Part shown: positions 19,778 to 29,152 of the stretch, piece by piece
How the letters are laid out: each line of letters opens with the position of its first letter
How positions within the stretch are numbered: the stretch's first letter is position 1
Origin: an uncultured Mycoplasmatota bacterium
GTDB lineage: Bacteria > Bacillota_I > Bacilli_A > RF39 > UBA660
Assembly (NCBI GenBank): GCA_947302655.1
Contig: CAMYVW010000002.1
Span: 233,537 to 297,536, forward strand
Direction: 5' to 3'
Length of the DNA stretch: 64,000 nt
Program-made: the position numbers and the translations under genes
The notes under the pieces: generated by a model
Database searches by the model: none
What the model was told of the DNA's origin: nothing
What the model saw: only the letters and a program-made list of their open reading frames with translations

Positions 19778-22177
19778 ATGGAAAATAAAGAATATAAATA
19801 TGATGCATTTATTAGTTACAGACACTGTGAACGAGATAAATTTGTTGCCGAGAATTTGCATAGAATTTTAGAAAGTTATGATTTACCAAAAGGTATTAAA
19901 ACTAAACTTGGAGTAGAAGGAAAAGCTTTTAAAAGAATATTTAGAGATCAAGAAGAATTACCACTTTCAAGTAATTTAGAAGATCCTATTATTGATGCTT
20001 TAAATCAATCTAAATATTTAATTGTTATATGCTCACCTAGACTTAAAGATTCTTTATGGTGTAAAAAAGAAATTCAAACCTTTAAAAAAATTAGGGGAAG
20101 AAAAAATATTTTATGTGTTTTAGTTGAAGGGGAACCATCTGAATCTTTCCCTGAAGAAGTTTTGTATGATGAAAAAGAAGTTAAACAAAAAAATGGTAAA
20201 GTTAAAAAAGAAAAGATTCTTGTTGAACCTTTAGCAGCTGATGTAAGGGGTAATTCAAAGTCTGAAGTTTTAAAAAGAATAAAAGAAGAAAAATTAAGAC
20301 TTGTTGCATCCATGTTTAATATTGATTATGATGATCTAAGACAAAGACATAAGTTAAGAAAACAAAAAAGGATTATAGCTTTATCATCTGCTATTGCATG
20401 CTTTTGTCTTTTATTTGCTTTATATACATCTGTAATGTTTCTTAAAATAAATAAACAAAAAAATACATTAAGAGAGCATCAAGCTTTATCTTTATCAGCT
20501 AAAGCACTTGATTATTTAAGTATTGATGATAGATATGATGCTATCGAATCTTCTTATCAAGCTTTAACTAAATTTGATGGTGTAAAAATGCCTTATACTT
20601 CTGATGCTGAGTATGCTCTTGTTGAAAGTCTTGGTTTATATGATGTTGGTTCATCATATAAATCAATATCAGAAATTAAAACTAAAGGTGTTGCTGATTA
20701 TATAAAATCAACATCAGATAAAAAATATGACGCTCTTTATGATGAATCTGGAGAGTTAACTTTATTTGACACTGCAACTATGAAAGTTATAAAGATATTT
20801 AAAGTAAGTGATAAATCATTTAATGAAGAATCATTTTCATTTATAGGAAATGAAAAATTAGTTTATATAAATGATAAAAATAACCTTAATATTGTTAATG
20901 TAGAAAATGGAAAATTAATTAAAGAAATTAAAAAAGATGATAGATATTTTAATTCTGTTTTAGGTGAATCAACTGGAAAATATCTAGCTTATGATACAAA
21001 TAAAAATTTTTATTTATATGATTTAGAAAATGATAAGTTAATTACTCAATTATCTACTGATAACAAGTTTATGAAAGAATTATATTTTTCAAGTGATAGT
21101 AGTTATGTTTTTACTTCTTCGATAAAAGAAAGTCCTAGTATTAGTGAAGAAGATTATATAACAGTTCATACTATTAATATTAAAACTGGTAAAGAAGTTA
21201 GTTCTATTACTTTTGCTGCTGGTTATTTATCAGGTATAGTTACTAAAGAAAATAATGCTTATGTTCTTCTTAATGAAGCAATAGGTACTAAATTTAATAT
21301 GATAGTTGCTTCTTATAACTATACTGATGGTAAGAGTAACTGGACGAAAACATTTGATAATAATTGGGGTACATTTATTGTTCCATCTTATGATGAAAAA
21401 ATAGATCATATTGCTGTTGTTAATCATGATGCTTTTAAATTAATTAGTTCAAAAGATGGAGATGTTGTTCAGTCAACTACTGCAGCTAAAGAAATTATTG
21501 ATATATATACATCAGCAGGCAAGGAAATCTATACATTATTCTTAGCTAATGGTGATGTTAACTTTTATAATGCTGATGCAAAAGATAATATTAATTTACT
21601 TGGTAAGTTTGAATTTAATTTAGATAGATATTCTAAAGTTGCTTTAGCATCACATGGATTCTTATTAATACCGGAAAACTCTAATAGAGTGATTCTTTAT
21701 GAAGAAAAATTTAATAAAGATATTAAAAAAGAAAATATTAAAGTTGATTATGTAAATGATGATTCAATAAATATAACTAAATTTGAAGAAGTTATAAATA
21801 AATATAGTATTAAAAATAAAAGTTTAGTTGAAAAGATTTTTTATGATGATAAAAAAGAAGTTATGTTTGTTAATTATACTAATAAGGATATTTCTGTATA
21901 TGATGTAAAAACTAAAAAGCTTTTAAAAACTATTGAAAATGTTGATACAGTTTATCATTATTTTGGTAAAGATAAATTAGGTAGAACCTATCTTGGAGAT
22001 ATGTCTGATGCATATATATTTGATAAAGACTATAATAAAGTTGGTCATATTAAAAGTCTTGTAAAACTTGATAAAGATAAAGTATATATTTTATACAATA
22101 GTGAATATTATTCTTTAAAAGTTTATGATTTAGAAGATATATTAAAAGAAGCTAAAAATTATTTAAATAAAAAATAA
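19778..22177 (+). CDS. TIR-domain protein with topology N-terminal cytoplasmic TIR, single TM, large extracytoplasmic domain.
   Basis: YDAFISYRHCERDKFVAENL...FRDQEELPLSSNLEDPIIDALNQSKYLIVICSPRLKDSLWCKKEIQTF matches TIR motifs, including the conserved Glu position. A TM helix (IIALSSAIACFCLLFALYTSVMFL) lies at about aa 200-225, followed by roughly 570 aa. Confidence 0.7.
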   Translation: MENKEYKYDAFISYRHCERDKFVAENLHRILESYDLPKGIKTKLGVEGKAFKRIFRDQEELPLSSNLEDPIIDALNQSKYLIVICSPRLKDSLWCKKEIQTFKKIRGRKNILCVLVEGEPSESFPEEVLYDEKEVKQKNGKVKKEKILVEPLAADVRGNSKSEVLKRIKEEKLRLVASMFNIDYDDLRQRHKLRKQKRIIALSSAIACFCLLFALYTSVMFLKINKQKNTLREHQALSLSAKALDYLSIDDRYDAIESSYQALTKFDGVKMPYTSDAEYALVESLGLYDVGSSYKSISEIKTKGVADYIKSTSDKKYDALYDESGELTLFDTATMKVIKIFKVSDKSFNEESFSFIGNEKLVYINDKNNLNIVNVENGKLIKEIKKDDRYFNSVLGESTGKYLAYDTNKNFYLYDLENDKLITQLSTDNKFMKELYFSSDSSYVFTSSIKESPSISEEDYITVHTINIKTGKEVSSITFAAGYLSGIVTKENNAYVLLNEAIGTKFNMIVASYNYTDGKSNWTKTFDNNWGTFIVPSYDEKIDHIAVVNHDAFKLISSKDGDVVQSTTAAKEIIDIYTSAGKEIYTLFLANGDVNFYNADAKDNINLLGKFEFNLDRYSKVALASHGFLLIPENSNRVILYEEKFNKDIKKENIKVDYVNDDSINITKFEEVINKYSIKNKSLVEKIFYDDKKEVMFVNYTNKDISVYDVKTKKLLKTIENVDTVYHYFGKDKLGRTYLGDMSDAYIFDKDYNKVGHIKSLVKLDKDKVYILYNSEYYSLKVYDLEDILKEAKNYLNKK

Positions 22178-22196
22178 TTAATGAGGTGATATATAT

Positions 22197-22724
22197 ATGT
22201 TTACTCCTGAGCTTGAAACAGAAAGATTAATTCTAAGAAGATTTAATAGTTCAGATATTAATTTATTTCATGAATTAATATCTGATAAAAAAGTCAATGA
22301 ATTTAATTATTATCCCGATACATCTATAGAGTATGCATCTAAATATATAAATAACATTATCAATAATATTGATAATAATCCATATGAATCATGGGTAATT
22401 GAAATAAAGGATACACATATTCCAATTGGAAAGATAAATGTTAATAACATTTATTCTAGATTTAATTACTGTAATGTTGGTTATACTCTTAAGTATGATT
22501 ACTGGGGTAATGGATATGCTGCCGAAGCTTTAGCTAAAGTAACTGATCACCTATTAAATGATGTAAAATATCATTTGGTGGAGTGTTCTATTGATGATAG
22601 GAATGTAAGATCTATAAGAGTAGTTGAAAAAGCTGGTTTTATAAAAGATGGATATATTAATGGTAGAAGACCTAATGGTGATGGAACATATTCTGGTATA
22701 TCATATTATAGTAAATCTTTATAA
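22197..22724 (+). CDS. GNAT family N-acetyltransferase (RimJ/RimL-like).
   Basis: LILRRFNSSD... with GNAT motif A near WGNGYAAEA. Confidence 0.7.
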   Translation: MFTPELETERLILRRFNSSDINLFHELISDKKVNEFNYYPDTSIEYASKYINNIINNIDNNPYESWVIEIKDTHIPIGKINVNNIYSRFNYCNVGYTLKYDYWGNGYAAEALAKVTDHLLNDVKYHLVECSIDDRNVRSIRVVEKAGFIKDGYINGRRPNGDGTYSGISYYSKSL

Positions 22725-22766
22725 TAATATAATAATAGTCAAAGTATTGAGAATGGAGAATATAAT

Positions 22767-23213
22767 ATGGAATATTTAGTTGAAAGCCATATGGGTGGAC
22801 ATTATATAAGTAATTGTGATCCAGAAATTATTGAGGCAATTTGTGATCAGTGTGGTGATTTTGATCGTATTATTTTATCATGGGAAAATGGAGAAATGTT
22901 AGATACATTGTTAGAATACTTTTCTTATATAAAAAGGTCAGTTGAACAATTGGAAAAGGATAAAAACGAATTAGATTTAATGAAAGAAGAATTAATTGAT
23001 AGTTTAACATGGTCTTATGATGAGGATAGATACTTAATATGTGAATTATCAGAAGATGGTATAATTAGTCCTGATGAGAAGAAGACATTATTAAAACAAA
23101 TCACTTGTTCTCAAAAGAGACAATTTGAAACACTAAAAAGTATATATTATCCAAATGGATATGTAAGGGTAAAGAAGTTTAATAATAAAAACAAAAGGAA
23201 TTGCTCCAAATAA
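22767..23213 (+). CDS. Hypothetical protein.
   Basis: ORF with an RBS. No family recognised. Confidence 0.4.
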   Translation: MEYLVESHMGGHYISNCDPEIIEAICDQCGDFDRIILSWENGEMLDTLLEYFSYIKRSVEQLEKDKNELDLMKEELIDSLTWSYDEDRYLICELSEDGIISPDEKKTLLKQITCSQKRQFETLKSIYYPNGYVRVKKFNNKNKRNCSK

Positions 23214-23217
23214 ATGT

Positions 23218-23242
23218 AAATAAAACTAATATAAACTGGTTG
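23218..23242 (+). repeat. rbgA-5'-end repeat copy A (AAATAAAACTAATATAAACTGGTTG).
   Basis: The exact 23-mer is also found at 23831 and 25592 (the latter is the rbgA codon 5-12 region). Confidence 0.7.
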
Positions 23243-23284
23243 GTAATAATTTAGTTAAAACTGTGTAAACAAGAGGTAATTTAT

Positions 23285-23836
23285 ATGAACTTAAATGAAA
23301 TATTATTATCAGATAATGTAGTTGAATCCATTAATGAAAATATTGACTACTTATTACAAATAATTCCAGAAATTAAAAATATGATTGGGTTTGAACATAA
23401 ACATCCACATCATCACTTAGATGTTTGGAATCACACTTTATTAGCATTAAGTTTATCTGAAAATGATTTTGATGTAAGGTTGTGTTTATTACTTCATGAT
23501 ATAGGTAAACCTTTTTCATATCAAGATGAAGATGTGAGACATTTTAGAAATCATGCGGTAGTATCTGCTAATATGTCAAAGATAATATTAAAAAGGTTAG
23601 GATTTGATGATGACTATATAAAATATGTTTGTTATCTAATTGAACACCATGATACTCAAATTAGTAATGAACAAATCGTAAATGATTATGATTTATGTTT
23701 AAAGTTATTAAAAATACAAAAGTGCGATGCATTAGCACATCATCCTGATAAATTAGAAAAAAGAAAGAAATATATTGATGAAATATATAAAGAACTAGTA
23801 TTAAATAAAGAAGTTGACTCTCATGAATGGAAATAA
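23285..23836 (+). CDS. HD-domain phosphohydrolase.
   Basis: HKHPHHHLDVWNHT...LLLHDIGKP HD motif. It is a paralog of the gene at 19190. Confidence 0.6.
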   Translation: MNLNEILLSDNVVESINENIDYLLQIIPEIKNMIGFEHKHPHHHLDVWNHTLLALSLSENDFDVRLCLLLHDIGKPFSYQDEDVRHFRNHAVVSANMSKIILKRLGFDDDYIKYVCYLIEHHDTQISNEQIVNDYDLCLKLLKIQKCDALAHHPDKLEKRKKYIDEIYKELVLNKEVDSHEWK

Positions 23837-23905
23837 AACTAATATAAACTGGTTGATATTGATTTAGTCAAAGATTCATTCAAACTCCTATAAGATAAGG
23901 AAAAC
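23831..23905 (+). repeat. rbgA-5'-end repeat copy B with a ~50-bp extension.
   Basis: aaataaaactaatataaactggttgatattgatttagtcaaagattcattcaaactcctataagataaggaaaa is nearly identical over ~70 bp to copy C at 24849. Confidence 0.7.
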
Positions 23906-23968
23906 TAAGTGTTTAGTAATTACATTTTTTAATAAATGATATTAAAAAGAACAAAATAACTAAAATAG

Positions 23969-24673
23969 TTATTTTGTTCTTTTTCTTACGTATTCTTTTT
24001 CTAAAGCTTTACTATCTATATTGTAATTGTATATTTTATTTTTTTTGATCTCGTTTTGCAATTTGTTTTCTTCTTTTTTATCGATTGTTTTTTCGTCATC
24101 ATCTTTTTCTATATTAATATTAGTATTATTCTTTTGCTTTATTTTATCTTTAAGCTGTATAGACAAGCTTGCTACTCCAAGTGATGCCATTGAAGTTGTT
24201 AATAATATACTTAAAATAGAATTTAAGGATACATTATTTAAAAGTATGATTGATATTCCTGTTAGGGCTGTAAATAATCTGCTTATTGATAATCCTTGAA
24301 CAGTTCTTTCTTCTTTATTTTTAGTTTTAGCAAGATTAATTGCACCACCAGTTAAAAGGATGGAATTATAACCTATGATAGTTGTTGCAAATGTCGGAGA
24401 AATTTTTTTTGTAATTAATAAACCTATAAGACATAAAAAAATTCCGGTTTTATCAGTTATAGTATCCATTATTCTAAATCTTAATTTATCTTTTTCATTG
24501 TTATATTTTCTTGATATTTTTCCATCAAATATATCAGATGTCATTATAACAGTTGTTAGTAATATTTGGCTAAGTAATGTTATTGAAAGCACATTGAATG
24601 TGCTTAGGATTATTGGAATGAATGATATTATTCTTGTTGTGAGAAGAGCATATGGTATATTCTTTTTTTTCAT
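23969..24673 (-). CDS. CDP-alcohol phosphatidyltransferase family protein (divergent).
   Basis: Multi-TM protein with DIFDGKISRK...RIMDTITD resembling the D-x2-DG-x2-AR...D-x3-D motif. The start is moved to the internal ATG (MKKKNIPYAL) that follows RBS GAGGTGA. It is a minus-strand gene inside the repeat-bounded region. Confidence 0.5.
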   Translation of the reverse strand: MKKKNIPYALLTTRIISFIPIILSTFNVLSITLLSQILLTTVIMTSDIFDGKISRKYNNEKDKLRFRIMDTITDKTGIFLCLIGLLITKKISPTFATTIIGYNSILLTGGAINLAKTKNKEERTVQGLSISRLFTALTGISIILLNNVSLNSILSILLTTSMASLGVASLSIQLKDKIKQKNNTNINIEKDDDEKTIDKKEENKLQNEIKKNKIYNYNIDSKALEKEYVRKRTK

Positions 24674-24819
24674 AACCATCACCTCATATAGTTGGTTATT
24701 ATACAATACTATTTAAATTTGTACAATGTTTATTGTATTAACCATGATATCTAAAATCATAAAAAATATGATATAATTAATTAGTGAAGTTTTCTTAAAA
24801 AGAAAAGGGAGTGATTCGT

Positions 24820-24882
24820 ATGAATAGTAATGAAAAAGTTGAGCTAGACAAAACCAATATAAACTGGTTGATATTGATTTAG
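24820..24882 (+). pseudogene. Fossil rbgA 5' end (MNSNEKVELDKTNINWLILI*) with its own -10 box and RBS.
   Basis: Compare the true rbgA start MNNENKTNINWYPGHM. It is preceded by TATGATATAAT (24767-24777) and AAGGGAGTGA, and contains repeat copy C. Confidence 0.45.
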
Positions 24883-24919
24883 TCAAAGATTTATTCAAAC
24901 TCCTATAAAATAAGGAAAA
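24849..24919 (+). repeat. rbgA-5'-end repeat copy C (variant) with a ~50-bp extension.
   Basis: caaaaccaatataaactggttgatattgatttagtcaaagatttattcaaactcctataaaataaggaaaaaac is a direct repeat of copy B. Confidence 0.7.
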
Positions 24920-25055
24920 AACAAGTATATACTTGTTACACAATTTGATAAAAATATATAAAATAATGATAAAAATAACAAAAAAAGTTTTAAAAATAGC
25001 ATAGTATTTGATACTTGGTATTGACGGTTAAGCCATTAATATAAGAGGTGAAAAT

Positions 25056-25571
25056 ATGAGTGATTTATCTAAAATAATTTTAGGAACAGGTAATTATTAT
25101 CATGTAAAAAGTGGTAATACTGTATCCGTTACTGGTGATGGTGGTAATGCATGGGGATATTTTGGACCAGCATATAAAAAATTAGCTCCTAAACTAGTTA
25201 CTTATACACCTTATGCTGAAAAATTAGAAGTATTAGAAGAATTAAAAAAAGATGTCTCTAAATTAAAAGAATATATAGAATTTAGAAAACAAATAGAAGA
25301 TGAATATATAAAAAGTTATTATAATATAAGACTAAAAGATTTAGATGTTAAAGAGTTACTTTATATATTAAATGAGAAATTTGGTAATGATATAATATTA
25401 TTGTGTCATGAACCAATAGATGAATTTTGTCATAGAAGATTGATTGCAGATTATATAGAACTTGAAACAGGTATATATATACCAGAAGTAAGTGTAGATG
25501 AACAAGGTAATGTTAAAAAACTTGTTCCAATAAGATATAAAAATAGACTAAAAGAAGTAATAAAAAAGTAG
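25056..25571 (+). CDS. DUF488-like protein (C-terminal LLCHE...CHRRL motif).
   Basis: LLCHEPIDEFCHRRLIADYIE resembles the conserved C-terminal motif of DUF488. The N-terminus is divergent. Confidence 0.35.
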   Translation: MSDLSKIILGTGNYYHVKSGNTVSVTGDGGNAWGYFGPAYKKLAPKLVTYTPYAEKLEVLEELKKDVSKLKEYIEFRKQIEDEYIKSYYNIRLKDLDVKELLYILNEKFGNDIILLCHEPIDEFCHRRLIADYIELETGIYIPEVSVDEQGNVKKLVPIRYKNRLKEVIKK

Positions 25572-25580
25572 GTGATTTAC

Positions 25581-26441
25581 ATGAATAACGAAAATAAAAC
25601 TAATATAAACTGGTATCCAGGACATATGCAAAAAACTAAACGACTAATTGAAGAAATGAAAGATCAAATAGATGTTGTTATAGAGTTAATTGATGCAAGA
25701 TGCCCATACTCATCTAAAATGAGAGATATAGATAATCTAATTAAAAATAAACCTAGACTTTTGGTTTTAACAAAAAAAGATCTATGTGATATTAATGAAA
25801 CTAATAAATGGATTAAGTATTATGAAGATGAAGGTTATAATACAGCACTTATTAGTGGTATTAATGATAAGGACTATAAAGTTATTTATGAAAAACTAAG
25901 TGATATTACTTCTTCTATTCAAGAAAAAAGAATATCTAAAGGTTTAAAGATAAAAGAAATTAGATGTTTAGTTATAGGTATACCAAATGTAGGTAAATCA
26001 ACGTTAATTAATAAAATGGTTGGTAGAAAGGTAGCTAATATAGGAAATAGACCTGGAGTTACAACTTCTTTAAACTGGCTTAAAACAAATGCTGGAGTAC
26101 TACTTTTAGATTCTCCTGGTATTTTATGGCCTAAATTTGATGAAGAAGAAGTAGCTTTAAACTTAGCTGCAATATCATCAATTAGAACAGAAGTAATAGA
26201 TATTGATTCTGTTGCTGTTCATATATTAAAATTTTTAGAAAAATATTATCCAGATATTCTAGAGTCTAGATATAAAATTACAAACACAGAAGATATCTTA
26301 GAAGTATATAATAGTATAGGAAAACAAATAGGAGCATATAAAAATGGTGAAGCTGATTTTGATAGAGTTAGTAATAAAATTATTAATGATATTAAATCAG
26401 AAGCTATTAAAGGAGTAACATTTGATAGATGGAGAAAATAG
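25581..26441 (+). CDS. rbgA: Ribosome biogenesis GTPase A (YlqF/RbgA).
   Basis: MNNENKTNINWYPGHMQKT, a circularly permuted GTPase with G4 LTKKDL, G1 GIPNVGKST and G3 DSPG. It precedes rnhB as in Bacillus. Confidence 0.85.
   Translation: MNNENKTNINWYPGHMQKTKRLIEEMKDQIDVVIELIDARCPYSSKMRDIDNLIKNKPRLLVLTKKDLCDINETNKWIKYYEDEGYNTALISGINDKDYKVIYEKLSDITSSIQEKRISKGLKIKEIRCLVIGIPNVGKSTLINKMVGRKVANIGNRPGVTTSLNWLKTNAGVLLLDSPGILWPKFDEEEVALNLAAISSIRTEVIDIDSVAVHILKFLEKYYPDILESRYKITNTEDILEVYNSIGKQIGAYKNGEADFDRVSNKIINDIKSEAIKGVTFDRWRK
25592..25614 (+). repeat. rbgA-5'-end repeat copy D (the native site inside rbgA codons 5-12).
   Basis: Exact AAATAAAACTAATATAAACTGGT. Confidence 0.7.
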
Positions 26442-27067
26442 ATTTACTAGTTTATGAAAAAAAATTATATAAGAAAAACATCACTTTAATAGCTGGTGTT
26501 GATGAAGTAGGAAGAGGACCACTAGTTGGTCCTGTTGTTGCTGCTGCAGTAATACTTCCTAAAAATTATAAGTTAGAAGGTCTAAATGATTCTAAGAAAC
26601 TATCAGAGAAAAAAAGAGAAGAATTATATCCTATTATAATGAAAGATGCTATAGCTATTGGTATAGGTGAAGTATCAGCAAAGGAAATAGATAAAATTAA
26701 TATCTATGAAGCATCAAGAAAAGCTATGATGATAGCTATAGATAATTTAAGTGTAAAGCCAGAGTATATATTAGTTGATGCTATGCCACTCTTTACAGAT
26801 ACACCACATGATGCTATAATTCATGGCGATGCTCTTTCTTTATCAATTGCTGCAGCAAGCGTAATTGCTAAAGTTACTAGAGATAAAATGATGATTGAAC
26901 TAGATAAAAAGTATCCTTTATATGGATTTAAAAATCATAAAGGATATCCAACAAAAGCTCACTTAGAAGCATTAAAAAAGTATGGACCACTTAAAAATTA
27001 TAGATTTACATATGGCCCAGTTCGTGATTTAATTATAAAAGAAAGTTGTGATTTATGTGAAAAGTAG
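26429..27067 (+). CDS. rnhB: Ribonuclease HII.
   Basis: LIAGVDEVGRGPLVGPVVAAAVILP is a canonical RNase HII N-terminus. Confidence 0.9.
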   Translation: MEKIDLLVYEKKLYKKNITLIAGVDEVGRGPLVGPVVAAAVILPKNYKLEGLNDSKKLSEKKREELYPIIMKDAIAIGIGEVSAKEIDKINIYEASRKAMMIAIDNLSVKPEYILVDAMPLFTDTPHDAIIHGDALSLSIAAASVIAKVTRDKMMIELDKKYPLYGFKNHKGYPTKAHLEALKKYGPLKNYRFTYGPVRDLIIKESCDLCEK

Positions 27068-29138
27068 ACTAACTGAATTTATAAAAACTACATGGTTTAG
27101 ATATATGGCCATTCTTTTTTTAGGCATTTTTTCTGGTGAAATAATTTTTAGATCATGTGCCCATATGCCTGTATTTAGTTATCCTACTTTTAGAGTATTT
27201 ATATCTACTTTATTTTTAAGTGGTTTATTTGGATACTTACTTTCATTTTGTAATAAAATTGTTGCAAGAGTATTAATAGGTCTTTTAATATTTTTAACTA
27301 ATTTTTATGCATACTTACAACTTGGATTTAATAATTTTTTAGGTGTATATATGTCTTTTGGTACATCTAGTCAACTTGGAGCTGTAGTTGATTATATTAA
27401 AGATTTCTTACATAGCATAAAACTTGTATATTATACAACTTTTATTCCATTTATATTAATTCTTCCTTATTTAATATTATTTGAAAAGAAAATATATAAT
27501 AATGATAGAAATAATATTGATAAAGAAGGAAAAAAATATAAATTTTATATAAAATCATTATTAATGTTAGGTTCTGTATTAATATTTATATCAGTTTATT
27601 ATTTAACGCTTACACTTAAATTTATGCAAAATGATTTACAATTAACTAAAAATACTGATTTATTTGTCAATCCATCTGTTCCATCTACAGCAATACAACA
27701 ATTTGGTACAACTGTATTTGCTTTAGGTGATATAAAGGTAACTTTATTTCCAATGGATGAACAACTTACTTATAACCATAAAAAGAGAAATAATAAGAGT
27801 TCTAACTCTGATTCTGATCTAACTAGAAAAATAGATGATACAGCATGGGAAAGTGTTATAGCAAATGAAAAAAATAATACTTATAATACTTTAAATAATT
27901 ATTTTATTAGTCAAGAAATTACTAATAAAAATGAATATACAGGTATGTTTAAAGGTAAGAATGTTATCTTTATAATGATGGAATCCGTATCTGATATTAT
28001 GATTAATCCAGATTTATTTCCTAATTTTTATAAAATGTATTCTGAAGGATGGCATTGGGAAAATAACTTTTCTCCAAGAAATGCATGTGCTACAGGTAAT
28101 AATGAAATGAGTGGAATGCTGTCTTTATATACTATTAATAATAACTGTACAGCTAATAACTATAAATATAATACATACTTTGAGAGTATATTTAATATAT
28201 ATAAAAATGATGGTTATAGAACTTCTAGTATGCATGATTATACAGAAGCATATTATTATAGATCTACAATTCATAAAAATATGGGATCTGAAGCATACTA
28301 TGGGGTAAATCAACTTAAAATACCTTATCAAACAGAGTATGTTAACTGGGCTTCTGATGAAGACTTTATGAATAAAGCTTTAGAAATACTTACAAATACT
28401 GATGATACAAAACCATTTATGACATGGCTTACAACAGTATCAGGTCATCAACCATATACAGCATCATCTATATTAGGTGATAAATATTTAAAAGATTTTT
28501 CTGATTTAGGTTATTCAACTGAAATGAAAAGATATTTATCTAAAATTAAAGTTACTGATGATGGACTTGGAGTACTTCTTAAAGGTTTAGAAGAAAAAGG
28601 TATTTTAGATGATACAGTTATCGTTATGTATGGAGATCACTATCCATATGGAATGAATAGAAATACTATAAAACAAGTACTTACTTATGATTTAAATGAT
28701 TATGAGATTGAAAGAGTTCCTTTTGTAATATATAATAGCAAGATGGAACCAAAAACATTTACTAGTTATACATCATATATAAATATAGTTCCAACACTAG
28801 CAAATCTATTTGATTTAAATTATGATCCAAGACTTTATATGGGTCATGATTTACTAGATCCAAATTATGAATCTATGGTTGTATTTGCTGATGGCTCATG
28901 GAAAAATGAAAAAGCATATTATAATGCTCAAAATGGTGTTGTTAAAAACTATACTGATACACCTTATACTAATGAAGAAATTAAAGCTATAAATGAAAAG
29001 GTTTCATATAAAATGAAGATGAGTAGTTTAGCAATAAGAAATAATTACTTTAAATATTTAGATAACCAGTTATCTAAATATAAAGTAGTAGAAGTATCTT
29101 CTACTACTGGTGATAACGTTGCAGTAGCTACTAATTAA
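27048..29138 (+). CDS. LTA synthase family protein (LtaS-like sulfatase-domain phosphoglycerol transferase).
   Basis: Five N-terminal TM helices plus an extracellular sulfatase-like domain (MMESVSDIMINPDLFPNFYKM...SPRNACATGNNEMSGMLSL). Confidence 0.7.
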   Translation: MIYVKSRLTEFIKTTWFRYMAILFLGIFSGEIIFRSCAHMPVFSYPTFRVFISTLFLSGLFGYLLSFCNKIVARVLIGLLIFLTNFYAYLQLGFNNFLGVYMSFGTSSQLGAVVDYIKDFLHSIKLVYYTTFIPFILILPYLILFEKKIYNNDRNNIDKEGKKYKFYIKSLLMLGSVLIFISVYYLTLTLKFMQNDLQLTKNTDLFVNPSVPSTAIQQFGTTVFALGDIKVTLFPMDEQLTYNHKKRNNKSSNSDSDLTRKIDDTAWESVIANEKNNTYNTLNNYFISQEITNKNEYTGMFKGKNVIFIMMESVSDIMINPDLFPNFYKMYSEGWHWENNFSPRNACATGNNEMSGMLSLYTINNNCTANNYKYNTYFESIFNIYKNDGYRTSSMHDYTEAYYYRSTIHKNMGSEAYYGVNQLKIPYQTEYVNWASDEDFMNKALEILTNTDDTKPFMTWLTTVSGHQPYTASSILGDKYLKDFSDLGYSTEMKRYLSKIKVTDDGLGVLLKGLEEKGILDDTVIVMYGDHYPYGMNRNTIKQVLTYDLNDYEIERVPFVIYNSKMEPKTFTSYTSYINIVPTLANLFDLNYDPRLYMGHDLLDPNYESMVVFADGSWKNEKAYYNAQNGVVKNYTDTPYTNEEIKAINEKVSYKMKMSSLAIRNNYFKYLDNQLSKYKVVEVSSTTGDNVAVATN

Positions 29139-29152
29139 GAAAGGAATATTTT

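Noticed and set aside
24027-24943. Plus-strand ORFs 24027-24299 and 24375-24716, and minus-strand ORF 24713-24943, around the CDP-alcohol phosphatidyltransferase gene.
   Set aside because: The first two are antisense to the better-supported minus-strand membrane protein. The third spans the intergenic repeat copy C and the fossil rbgA start. None has an RBS or a recognisable domain.
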